64,000 bases of DNA from an uncultured Thiomicrospira sp. (GTDB taxonomy: Bacteria > Pseudomonadota > Gammaproteobacteria > CAKMZV01), in NCBI GenBank assembly GCA_965195345.1, contig OZ239628.1:416001-480000 (forward strand), written 5' to 3'. Shown here one piece after another: positions 1 through 8,195 of this stretch (position 1 is its first letter; every line of letters begins with the position of its first letter). The position numbers and the translations under genes are program-made. The notes under the pieces were generated by a model, which saw nothing but the letters and a program-made list of their open reading frames with translations, was not told where the DNA came from and made no database searches.

Positions 1-201
1 AGCATTCAAAAACAAGATTTTATTGATGGTTTTTATGCGTGACTATCAGGTCAGTATTTTGCATTATTTGCCGATGAAATGTTGTAAAAAATCACGTAAA
101 AAAACTTTTCATTTCATCACAAATTGTTAAAAAAACGTTAATAATTTGTGCATAACTTGAAGAAAAGGAATAAAAGCGTATCGTTGTACCTTTGCAACGA
201 T

Positions 202-822
202 TTATTTTTCCAGTGGAAAAATATTTTGAGATATTTTTAGTGCTAATTTATCTGCTATTACAGCAATCGATTCTGTGATTCCGAAATGATGCATGTCGAT
301 TACGTTCTGCTTTAACCCGCAAGGAGCAATGGAGCTGAAAGGGCTTAAATCCATAGAAACATTAAGACTGATACCATGATAGGTCCCTCGTTTTTTACAA
401 CTCAGTCCAAGTGCTGATATTTTCCCTGCCTCAGTATACACTCCCGGCAAATTGGCTTTGCGAAATCCCTCAATATTGTAGTGTGCTAGAGTGTCAATGG
501 CTGAACCTTCCAAAGCGTTGATTAAGGTTTTAATGCCGATATTTGCCCTAAAAATATCGATGAGTACGTAGATGATAATTTGACCGGGTCCATGATAGGT
601 AACTTTTCCTCCACGGTCCGTTTGAATTACTGGAAGAGTAGTTTTCTTTAAAAAATGCTTTGGATCACCAATGCGACCCAAAGTGTAGACAGGATGATGG
701 TCGGTTATCCAAAGTTGGTCGGAACTTTTTTCATCACGTGTAAGCGTGTATTCGCGCATTGATTTGAAGCAAGTTTCGTAATCAACTGTCCCTTTACGAA
801 TTATTTGAAGCGGGGGGTGCAT
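202..822 (-). CDS. lipB: Lipoyl(octanoyl) transferase LipB
   Basis: Motifs HHPVYTLGR, TDRGGKVTYHGPGQ, KISALG, HGISLNV and PCG. Start placed at ATG 822; the ORF track extends to TTG 867. Confidence 0.95.
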   Translation of the reverse strand: MHPPLQIIRKGTVDYETCFKSMREYTLTRDEKSSDQLWITDHHPVYTLGRIGDPKHFLKKTTLPVIQTDRGGKVTYHGPGQIIIYVLIDIFRANIGIKTLINALEGSAIDTLAHYNIEGFRKANLPGVYTEAGKISALGLSCKKRGTYHGISLNVSMDLSPFSSIAPCGLKQNVIDMHHFGITESIAVIADKLALKISQNIFPLEK

Positions 823-838
823 TTCTAAGGATGCTAAA

Positions 839-1450
839 TTACCGTCTTTTTGACAAAACTTCGTCAACCAATCCGTATTCTTTGGCTTCCTCTGCGCTTA
901 AAAAGTTATCTCTATCAGTGTCTTTGCTCACTTGATTGATGCTTTTCCCAGTATGGTGAGACATGATGTTATTCAAGGTTTCTCGGGCTTTTAATATTTC
1001 TTTCGCATGAATTTCTATGTCACTTGCTTGTCCGTGAAATCCGCCCAAAGGTTGGTGGATCATCACGCGCGAGTTTGGTAAACAAAAACGTTTGCCAGTT
1101 GTACCAGCCGCTAATAGTAGAGCACCCATGCTGGCAGCCTGCCCTAAACACATTGTGTTAACTTCAGGTGTAATGTATTGCATGGTATCGTATATAGATA
1201 GACCAGCAGTGACTGAACCACCAGGAGAGTTTATGTAGAAGTGGATGTCTTTTTTTGAGTTTTCAGATTCGAGGAAAAGGAATTGAGCAACAATCAAATT
1301 TGCTGTTTCATCGGTGACTGGACCAACTAAAAAAATAACACGCTCACGCAGAAGTCTGGAATAAATATCAAATGAGCGCTCCCCTCTACCACTCTGTTCA
1401 ATAACCATTGGTACAAGGGTATTGTTTTCAATTGGTCGATTTTTGTTCAT
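839..1450 (-). CDS. clpP: ATP-dependent Clp protease proteolytic subunit
   Basis: [39 protein letters not shown] and MIHQP. Start placed at ATG 1450. Confidence 0.97.
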   Translation of the reverse strand: MNKNRPIENNTLVPMVIEQSGRGERSFDIYSRLLRERVIFLVGPVTDETANLIVAQFLFLESENSKKDIHFYINSPGGSVTAGLSIYDTMQYITPEVNTMCLGQAASMGALLLAAGTTGKRFCLPNSRVMIHQPLGGFHGQASDIEIHAKEILKARETLNNIMSHHTGKSINQVSKDTDRDNFLSAEEAKEYGLVDEVLSKRR

Positions 1451-1484
1451 ATCTGATCCTTGAGACACTACTGTTTTATTTGGT

Positions 1485-2789
1485 TTAATTCCTAAGCGAA
1501 CTGAGAGGAATCTGTTCAAAAGTTGCTTTGACACTTTCCATCAAAACGTTGATGATTTGTTTTTCAAGAACGGAATTTTCTAAATCAGCCCGCACATTTT
1601 TATTTTCAGTGAAGTATTTGCGAGCCTCTTCACGGTTTGGATAATGAACTATTTGCTCCTCAATGGTTTGGTTTAGCAAATCTTCGTCCAATTTAATGTC
1701 ATGATGAACGATTAACTCACGTAATATCAATCCTAATTTCACGCGTTTGACTGCATCTTCTTTTGCCCCTTGCTCCTTTAAATCCTCATCGCTTGAAACG
1801 GGGGATTGAGACATTTTTTGGCGGTCCTGAATCTGTTTTATTATGCTTTTTATTTCCTCATCAATCATATGCTGAGGAATGGGGAAGTCGTGTTTTTCAA
1901 GCAGCAGATCGAAAAGACTTTGTCTATTGTTGCGATAGCTGAGTTGTTCAGCTTCATTTTCAAGACGTTTTTTAATGTCTTCTCGTAATGCTTCAACAGT
2001 CCCTTCTTTAATTCCAATGGATTGGATATATTCTTCGTTAATCTCAAACGGCTTGGGGGCTTCGATGTTTTTAACGATGCAACGAAACTCAACGTTTTCT
2101 CCAGCCAAGTCCTTTGCATGATAGGTTTCGGGAAAGGTTAGTGAAAAGGTTTTATTGTCTCCTTTACTCTGACCAAGCAAAGCATCTTCAAAACCTGGAA
2201 TCATTTGTCCTTTACCAAGGACAAGTTTAAAATCGGTTGCTTGCCCGCCTTCAAAAGGCTTGTCGTCTTTAAATCCTTCGAAATCAATTGTTATTTGATC
2301 GCCATCAATCGCCGCACGATCCACCTCACTCCAAGTGGTATTGTTATCCTTAAGACTATCCATAGTGGCGTCAATGTCAGACTCCTCAACAACTGGTTTG
2401 ACAAGCTTAATTTTGAGTGTTGCTGTTTTAGCGAGAGTAATTTCTGGAAATACTTCAAATGTAACAACGAACTTAACGTTATCATCCTCAAGATTTTCGA
2501 TGCTAGTAATTTTTGGTGCGCCAACAATACTTAGCTTGTTTTCTTGGATGGCTTTGTATGTGTTTTGATCAATTTGATCATGAATGATTTCGTCTCGAAT
2601 TTCTTTCCCGTAGCGCTGTTGCAGGAATGAAAATGGAACTTTACCCGGTCGAAATCCGTCAATACGAGTACGATTGCCGATTTTCTGCAAACGCTCTTTC
2701 ATTAAAGCAGGCAGATTTTTTACAGGAAACTCAATCGTTAATGTTTTTTCAATGGGACTGTTAGGGGAATTTTCAACGTTTGCTTTCAT
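1485..2789 (-). CDS. tig: Trigger factor
   Basis: GFRPGKVP ribosome-binding motif, FKBP domain (MIPGFED, FPETYHA), directly upstream of clpP. Confidence 0.96.
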   Translation of the reverse strand: MKANVENSPNSPIEKTLTIEFPVKNLPALMKERLQKIGNRTRIDGFRPGKVPFSFLQQRYGKEIRDEIIHDQIDQNTYKAIQENKLSIVGAPKITSIENLEDDNVKFVVTFEVFPEITLAKTATLKIKLVKPVVEESDIDATMDSLKDNNTTWSEVDRAAIDGDQITIDFEGFKDDKPFEGGQATDFKLVLGKGQMIPGFEDALLGQSKGDNKTFSLTFPETYHAKDLAGENVEFRCIVKNIEAPKPFEINEEYIQSIGIKEGTVEALREDIKKRLENEAEQLSYRNNRQSLFDLLLEKHDFPIPQHMIDEEIKSIIKQIQDRQKMSQSPVSSDEDLKEQGAKEDAVKRVKLGLILRELIVHHDIKLDEDLLNQTIEEQIVHYPNREEARKYFTENKNVRADLENSVLEKQIINVLMESVKATFEQIPLSSLRN

Positions 2790-2919
2790 CAACTAGCTCA
2801 AAAGGGAGAGGGACTTAAATATTAAAGTGTGCCTTTTCGGTTTTTTTGATAAAAAACACCGTAAGACATGCGGAAATTGGAAATCAATAATCAGCTGAAA
2901 CGATTAAGTTGTTTCGTGT

Positions 2920-3045
2920 TCAACGCTGACGCGCCTTAAATCGAGGGTCAGACTTACAAATCACAAAAATCTTGCCACGGCGGCGTACAACTTGACAATC
3001 TTTGTGGCGTTTCTTTGCAGATTTCAATGAGGATACAATTTTCAT
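2920..3045 (-). CDS. rpmJ: 50S ribosomal protein L36, type B (zinc-independent, YkgO-like); absent from the ORF track
   Basis: Manual translation [41 protein letters not shown] (41 aa), a typical type-B L36 without the full Zn ligand set. Confidence 0.95.
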   Translation of the reverse strand: MKIVSSLKSAKKRHKDCQVVRRRGKIFVICKSDPRFKARQR

Positions 3046-3075
3046 AATGCAACTAATGTGTTGGTAAAATTAGAA

Positions 3076-3088
3076 CGGCGTGCATTAT
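3076..3088 (-). promoter_or_regulatory. Putative sigma70 -10 box with GC-rich discriminator for rpmJ2/tig
   Basis: Minus strand TATAAT followed by GCACGCC about 35 nt upstream of the L36 start; the -35 element is weak. Confidence 0.5.
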
Positions 3089-3279
3089 ACGGTGCGAACA
3101 CGATGAAAATTTGTTTTTTTTAGCTTAGATTACAGATAAGAGTTGAAACTTGGTACATTCTGTCGTAATATTTGCACATTGATATGCTAATTAGTTCACT
3201 TTGAAAATTTTTTCCCATTCTGTCTTGGCAGACTTTCTGTTCATTCGAATAGCTTTGCTATACATTTTACATACTGCGT

Positions 3280-4254
3280 ATGCTCGATCATAAAATCCAA
3301 CTTCTCCCCGAGAATAATGATTATTTGCGGTGTTTAGGGGGTGTTGAGAATAATCGAATTTCTTTTTTGGAAGTGCATTATGACGTTCGTATTTCTCAAA
3401 GAGGCTTTAAAATGCGCATACAAGGGAATGATATTGACTGCATACGTGCTGGAAAAGTTATATTAGGGTTGTATGAAGAAGCAAAAAAGGGAGAGATTGA
3501 TGATAAGAGCATGTTCAGTATGTTAAATCAATTTGATAAAAAAGGAAATCAAATTTTGCCAATTGTATATGCAACGTTTCAAGCCGGAGATAAGACTATT
3601 AAGGCGCGAAATACTTCTCAACAGCGCTTTATTGAGCTAATGAACGAAAAAGATGTTGTATTTGGCATCGGACCTGCGGGAACAGGTAAGACCTATTTGG
3701 CGGTGGCTAAAGCAGTGGAGTCTTTAGAGCGTCGAGACATAAAGCGCATTGTGTTGACACGCCCTGCCGTTGAAGCTGGGGAGAAATTGGGTTTTTTGCC
3801 TGGAGATTTAAGTCAAAAAATTGACCCGTACCTGCGCCCCTTATATGATGCATTGTTTGAAATGTTGGGTTCGAGGAAAGTTGAAAAATTGATCGCTAAA
3901 AATATAATTGAAATAGCACCATTGGCTTTTATGCGTGGTCGCACACTAAATGATTGCCACATGATTCTTGATGAAGCTCAGAATACAACATTGGCTCAAA
4001 TGAAAATGTTTCTAACTCGGATAGGTCATAATGCTAAGGCAGTAGTTGTAGGAGATTCCTCTCAAATTGATCTGCCCAATCAAAATTTATCAGGATTGAA
4101 GGATATTCAAGCAATTTTCAAAGGAGTAAAGGGTGTTGGGACAGCAATATTTGATTCGTCAGATGTTGTTCGTCATCCAGTAGTCAAAAGAGTCATTGAT
4201 GCTTTTGATCATTATCAGAAATCACAATCTATGACATTTTCTAAGCATGGGTAA
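3280..4254 (+). CDS. ybeZ: PhoH-family ATPase (YbeZ)
   Basis: GPAGTGKTYLAV, RPAVEAGEKLGFLPG, MRGRTL and DEAQN. Confidence 0.95.
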   Translation: MLDHKIQLLPENNDYLRCLGGVENNRISFLEVHYDVRISQRGFKMRIQGNDIDCIRAGKVILGLYEEAKKGEIDDKSMFSMLNQFDKKGNQILPIVYATFQAGDKTIKARNTSQQRFIELMNEKDVVFGIGPAGTGKTYLAVAKAVESLERRDIKRIVLTRPAVEAGEKLGFLPGDLSQKIDPYLRPLYDALFEMLGSRKVEKLIAKNIIEIAPLAFMRGRTLNDCHMILDEAQNTTLAQMKMFLTRIGHNAKAVVVGDSSQIDLPNQNLSGLKDIQAIFKGVKGVGTAIFDSSDVVRHPVVKRVIDAFDHYQKSQSMTFSKHG

Positions 4255-4735
4255 AGTGAACGTCAGCTATGCATCGGAGACAGATAAGCCTCCATCGATC
4301 AGAGCAGTCTTAAATTGGACTGCGCAAATTTTTGATCATTTGCCATTTGAGCAAAAACAAATGGATAGAAGCGTCAACGTTTACTTTTGTGGAACCAAAG
4401 AAATTCAAGAAATAAATAGTCTTTATCGTGCAAAAAACGATGTGACGAACGTGTTGTCTTTTGCTGTGTCTGAAGAGGATCAATTGTTGCAAAGTCATAC
4501 AGATGATGTGCCCTCAATTGGGGATATTATTATTTGTTCACGGGTTGTAGCTGATGAAGCGAAATCTTATGGTCTGGCCTATGAAGAAAGGTTGGTTCAC
4601 ATGTTGCTTCACGCGCTGTTGCATCTATATGGGCATCAACATGATAATGAAAAAGAGAGAAATATTATGGAAACAGAAGAAAGTAGAATTTTACAAAGTA
4701 TGGGGTTTGCTGATCCATGGAAAGGGAATGAGTAA
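4247..4735 (+). CDS. ybeY: rRNA maturation endoribonuclease YbeY
   Basis: TNVLSF, GDIIIC, HALLHLYGHQH metal motif; lies between phoH and corC. Confidence 0.93.
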   Translation: MGKVNVSYASETDKPPSIRAVLNWTAQIFDHLPFEQKQMDRSVNVYFCGTKEIQEINSLYRAKNDVTNVLSFAVSEEDQLLQSHTDDVPSIGDIIICSRVVADEAKSYGLAYEERLVHMLLHALLHLYGHQHDNEKERNIMETEESRILQSMGFADPWKGNE

Positions 4736-5558
4736 TATAGAGCAAGAGCCTTTAATAAGGCGCGGTTTTTTTGTTAGCCTGTTTGGATCATTGATCAATA
4801 GAAAGCCTGAAGGATCTGCTTTGTTTCGCGAGCAGCTTTCTGATGCAGTGAGAGAAGGGGTTGTTGATTCTCAAATGAGCGGAATGATTGAAGGCGTTTT
4901 GAGAGTCAATGAGATGCGCGTGCGCGAAGTGATGATTCCTTTCCCTGAAATGAAAGTTTTCCAAACATCGACCCCACTCAAAGAAGTGGTTAATGAAGTT
5001 ATTAAAACGCAACACTCACGTTATCCTGTTATGTCTGGAGATAAAATTGCAGGTATTCTTTTTTCCAAGGATTTACTTGCAAGTATTTGGCAATCTAATA
5101 AAGATATTGAATTAGAAAAAATGGTGCGTGACGCCAAGATTGTTCCTGAAGGACAATTTCTTGATAAATTATTGAGTGAGTTCAAAGACTCAAAACAGCA
5201 CATGGCAATTGTCGTTGACGAGCATAATGAGATTGCAGGTTTGGTCACAATTGAGGATGTTTTAGAGCAAATCGTCGGAGATATTGAGGATGAGCATGAT
5301 CCAATGAAAGGGATTTGGATTTTAAACCATGGATACCAATACACAGCGAAGGGGCTTACACCATTAGCCGAATTTCGCGAGCAACTTGGATTTGACTTTA
5401 AATCGGATTCTGATACGGTTGCTGGGTTATTGTTTGAGCGATTTGAGCGATTTCCAGAGCAGGGTGAAAAGATTGAATTTGATGGGTATCAGTTTCGCAT
5501 TGTTAAGGTCGATGGACGACGTATTCAGCTGGTAAGTGTGAAAAAAACAAACCGATGA
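4728..5558 (+). CDS. corC: CBS-domain Mg/Co transport protein CorC (YbeX)
   Basis: VREVMIP, HSRYPV, HMAIVVDE and TIEDVLEQIVGDIEDEHD. Start at ATG 4728 overlaps ybeY. Confidence 0.92.
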   Translation: MSNIEQEPLIRRGFFVSLFGSLINRKPEGSALFREQLSDAVREGVVDSQMSGMIEGVLRVNEMRVREVMIPFPEMKVFQTSTPLKEVVNEVIKTQHSRYPVMSGDKIAGILFSKDLLASIWQSNKDIELEKMVRDAKIVPEGQFLDKLLSEFKDSKQHMAIVVDEHNEIAGLVTIEDVLEQIVGDIEDEHDPMKGIWILNHGYQYTAKGLTPLAEFREQLGFDFKSDSDTVAGLLFERFERFPEQGEKIEFDGYQFRIVKVDGRRIQLVSVKKTNR

Positions 5559-6310
5559 GACTGACACTTAAAAAGTACGGTGAAGGAGATTCTTTGGTTT
5601 TGCTGCATGGCTTATTTGGAGATGGTGATAATTTGCGGGCGGTTGCAAATACTCTGAAAGATTCTTGGACAGTTTATTGCGCAGATTTGCCAAATCATGG
5701 TACTTCACCAAGAATAGACAACATGTGCTTTACTCAAATGTCTGCTCTTCTTGAAGGAAGTCTCATTGAGATTGATGAAAAAGTAGTTTTAATTGGGCAT
5801 TCATTGGGCGGGAAGGTAGCTATGCGGTACGCTTGTGATAATCCTGAGAGGGTTGCACATTTAATCGTTCTTGATATTGCGCCCAAAAAAACCGATAGTC
5901 GCTTTAATAAGATTATTGGTGCACTTAATGCGATTGATTTGTCCACCCTTGAATCGCGAAAGAAAGCGGATGAGGAATTGTCTCAGGGCATAGAAACGGT
6001 AGCGCTAAGACAGTTTTTGTTAAAAAGTTTATGGCGGGACGAAAAAGGATGGAAATGGCGTTTTAATCTTGATGTCATTACTCGGTGCGCAGAGCAGTGG
6101 ACGGCTGCTGGTATTGCAGGAGAAGATATTTTTACGGGCAAAGTGGATTTTATTCGAGGTGGAGACTCAGATTATATTACCAATGACGATAGCGTGAAAA
6201 TTTCCAAGCACTTTCCCAATGCAAGACATCATACATTAGAGCATGCAGGGCATTGGTTGCATGCTGAACAACCTAAGAAATTTATTGAGCTGCTAAAAAG
6301 CATTCTATGA
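5555..6310 (+). CDS. Alpha/beta-hydrolase esterase, YbfF-like
   Basis: LHGLFG, DLPNHG, GHSLGGK nucleophile elbow and AGHWLHAEQP. Confidence 0.85.
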   Translation: MRLTLKKYGEGDSLVLLHGLFGDGDNLRAVANTLKDSWTVYCADLPNHGTSPRIDNMCFTQMSALLEGSLIEIDEKVVLIGHSLGGKVAMRYACDNPERVAHLIVLDIAPKKTDSRFNKIIGALNAIDLSTLESRKKADEELSQGIETVALRQFLLKSLWRDEKGWKWRFNLDVITRCAEQWTAAGIAGEDIFTGKVDFIRGGDSDYITNDDSVKISKHFPNARHHTLEHAGHWLHAEQPKKFIELLKSIL

Positions 6311-6390
6311 AGTTTTGCTATGAACTTCTGCGATGGGGTGTGGTCGAGTATGTACCATTGACTAAGATACTTGTTAAGTATTGGATATTA

Positions 6391-6428
6391 ATGCCAACTC
6401 CACGCATGGAGTTGGTATAATGCGCGAC
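6391..6428 (+). promoter_or_regulatory. rpsT promoter: extended -10 and GC-rich discriminator, preceded by an inverted repeat
   Basis: TGGTATAAT at 6413-6421 then GCGCGAC; CCAACTCCA-cgca-TGGAGTTGG at 6394-6415. Confidence 0.6.
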
Positions 6429-6506
6429 CTTTCATTTTACAGCCCAAAAGATTTTCACTGTATTTTATTTAGGGCGCAACAAACAAAGCACAGACTGGAG
6501 TAACGG

Positions 6507-6779
6507 GTGGCAAATATTAAATCTGCTATAAAGCGAGCACGACAAGGCGTTGGTTTACGTAAACACAATATGGCAATGAGATCACGAGTGCGTACTTTTT
6601 TAAAGAAAGTCGACGTGGCTATAACTGAGGGGAAAAAAGAGGAAGCCGCTGAGTTTTTTAAACAAGCTCAATCGGAAGTGGCGCGTGCAGCAAATAAAGG
6701 CATATTTAAAAAAAATAAAGCTTCAAGAGATATTTCGCGCTTAAGCTCTCGCCTAAAAGGAATGGGGCAACAAGCCTAA
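6507..6779 (+). CDS. rpsT: 30S ribosomal protein S20
   Basis: MANIKSAIKRARQ...KGIFKKNKASR; GTG start with GGAG ribosome-binding site. Confidence 0.97.
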   Translation: MANIKSAIKRARQGVGLRKHNMAMRSRVRTFLKKVDVAITEGKKEEAAEFFKQAQSEVARAANKGIFKKNKASRDISRLSSRLKGMGQQA

Positions 6780-6787
6780 AAGTCTTG

Positions 6788-6814
6788 AAAAAAGGATGCT
6801 AAACATCCTTTTTA
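6788..6814 (+). terminator. Intrinsic terminator after rpsT (possibly bidirectional)
   Basis: AAAAAAGGATG-ctaaa-CATCCTTTTT. Confidence 0.75.
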
Positions 6815-7322
6815 TATTTAAGCTATCACCTAGTTTGATCTAAACAAAGCATTCGATTATTGTTGCATTAGTGTGACATAAACAACGATTACATCTATCT
6901 TTGCTTATTGCTTGAGGAAACGTTTGTTCACGCAATAAACTTTTAAGGGTAAAAGTTGGCAACCTTCTCCTAACCTCCTTCCTAACTTGGTACCATTACC
7001 AAGATGAAATGTCAGTTATTTTGTTCCGTGCACGCTTGCTTTTCATTGCTATCGTTCGCGAGGTAACGATACAGTGCATACAAGAATCATTCGTCAAAAA
7101 ATCATTTGCTATTGTAAAATGGTTTCTTAGAGAAACGTTTTTAACTAAGCGTTCACAAATCGCTTATATTTCTATGAGTGGGCGTAATGACTTTGGTTGG
7201 GCTTGCTATAACAATCAAGCGTCGATGGACGCGGGTTGTCTGTTGCAAAGGATCAAGCAAGTTTCTTTGCGAATACTACAGTAATACATCAAACCTATGA
7301 GAATAATGCAGGAGTGTACAAA

Positions 7323-8174
7323 GTGAAGAAAATAATTACCCTTTTGTTGATTGTTATGACAACAGGAGCCTTTGCAGATTCAGTTAAAACAACGTTTAGA
7401 GACCTAAAGCTAAACGGAGAATTAGTGCAAGCTGATGGAGAAAGTCTTGAGGGCAGTGATGTCGTCCTCATACTGCATGGGACATTAGGGCATAGCAAAA
7501 TGGAAGTGATTGAAACGATTCAAGACTTGTTCGCTGAAGAGGGTATGAATTCTTTGGCAATTACTTTGTCCTTGTCAAAAAATGATCGCACTGGTTTTTT
7601 CTCATGCGAACAAGCTCATTATCATCAACATGAGACGGCAGCTCTAGAGATCGCTCATTGGGTTGAGTGGTTGAAATTGCACAAAGTGAAACGGATTCAT
7701 TTGTTGGGGCATTCACGTGGAGGCAATCAAATAATAAACTACTATGGTAATAATACTAAGCACAATGGCCATGTTGCAACACTTGCCCCTATGATGGATT
7801 CTGGTAAACGAAGCCCAGCGATTGAAAATAAGCTTAAAATCGCAGAGGAAAAAATCGAAGACGGAAACCCAAATGCGCTTTTCGATACGGATGCGTTTTT
7901 GCATTGTGAAGATTCCAGAGTCTCTGCAAAAAGTTTGGTGTCTTACTACGGGCGCGATCTCCTAAAAGACACGCCGTTAGCGCTTGGGGAAATTAAAAAT
8001 CCCACGCTTGTAATTACTGGTAGTAGCGATGAAGTCGTTCCTGGATTAAAAGAAAGAATGACGCTTAAAGCACCACTTCATAAAACAATTGTGATAGATG
8101 GTGCCGGTCATTTTTTCAGAGATCTATACGCAGAAGAAGTTGTTGAAAATCTTATGGATTGGTATTCTCAATAG
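7323..8174 (+). CDS. Secreted alpha/beta-hydrolase family protein
   Basis: Signal peptide KKIITLLLIVMTTGAFA, LILHGTLGH, GHSRGG and GAGHFF; GTG 7323 follows AGGAG. Confidence 0.8.
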   Translation: MKKIITLLLIVMTTGAFADSVKTTFRDLKLNGELVQADGESLEGSDVVLILHGTLGHSKMEVIETIQDLFAEEGMNSLAITLSLSKNDRTGFFSCEQAHYHQHETAALEIAHWVEWLKLHKVKRIHLLGHSRGGNQIINYYGNNTKHNGHVATLAPMMDSGKRSPAIENKLKIAEEKIEDGNPNALFDTDAFLHCEDSRVSAKSLVSYYGRDLLKDTPLALGEIKNPTLVITGSSDEVVPGLKERMTLKAPLHKTIVIDGAGHFFRDLYAEEVVENLMDWYSQ

Positions 8175-8195
8175 GGATTAAGACAACTTTATGAT

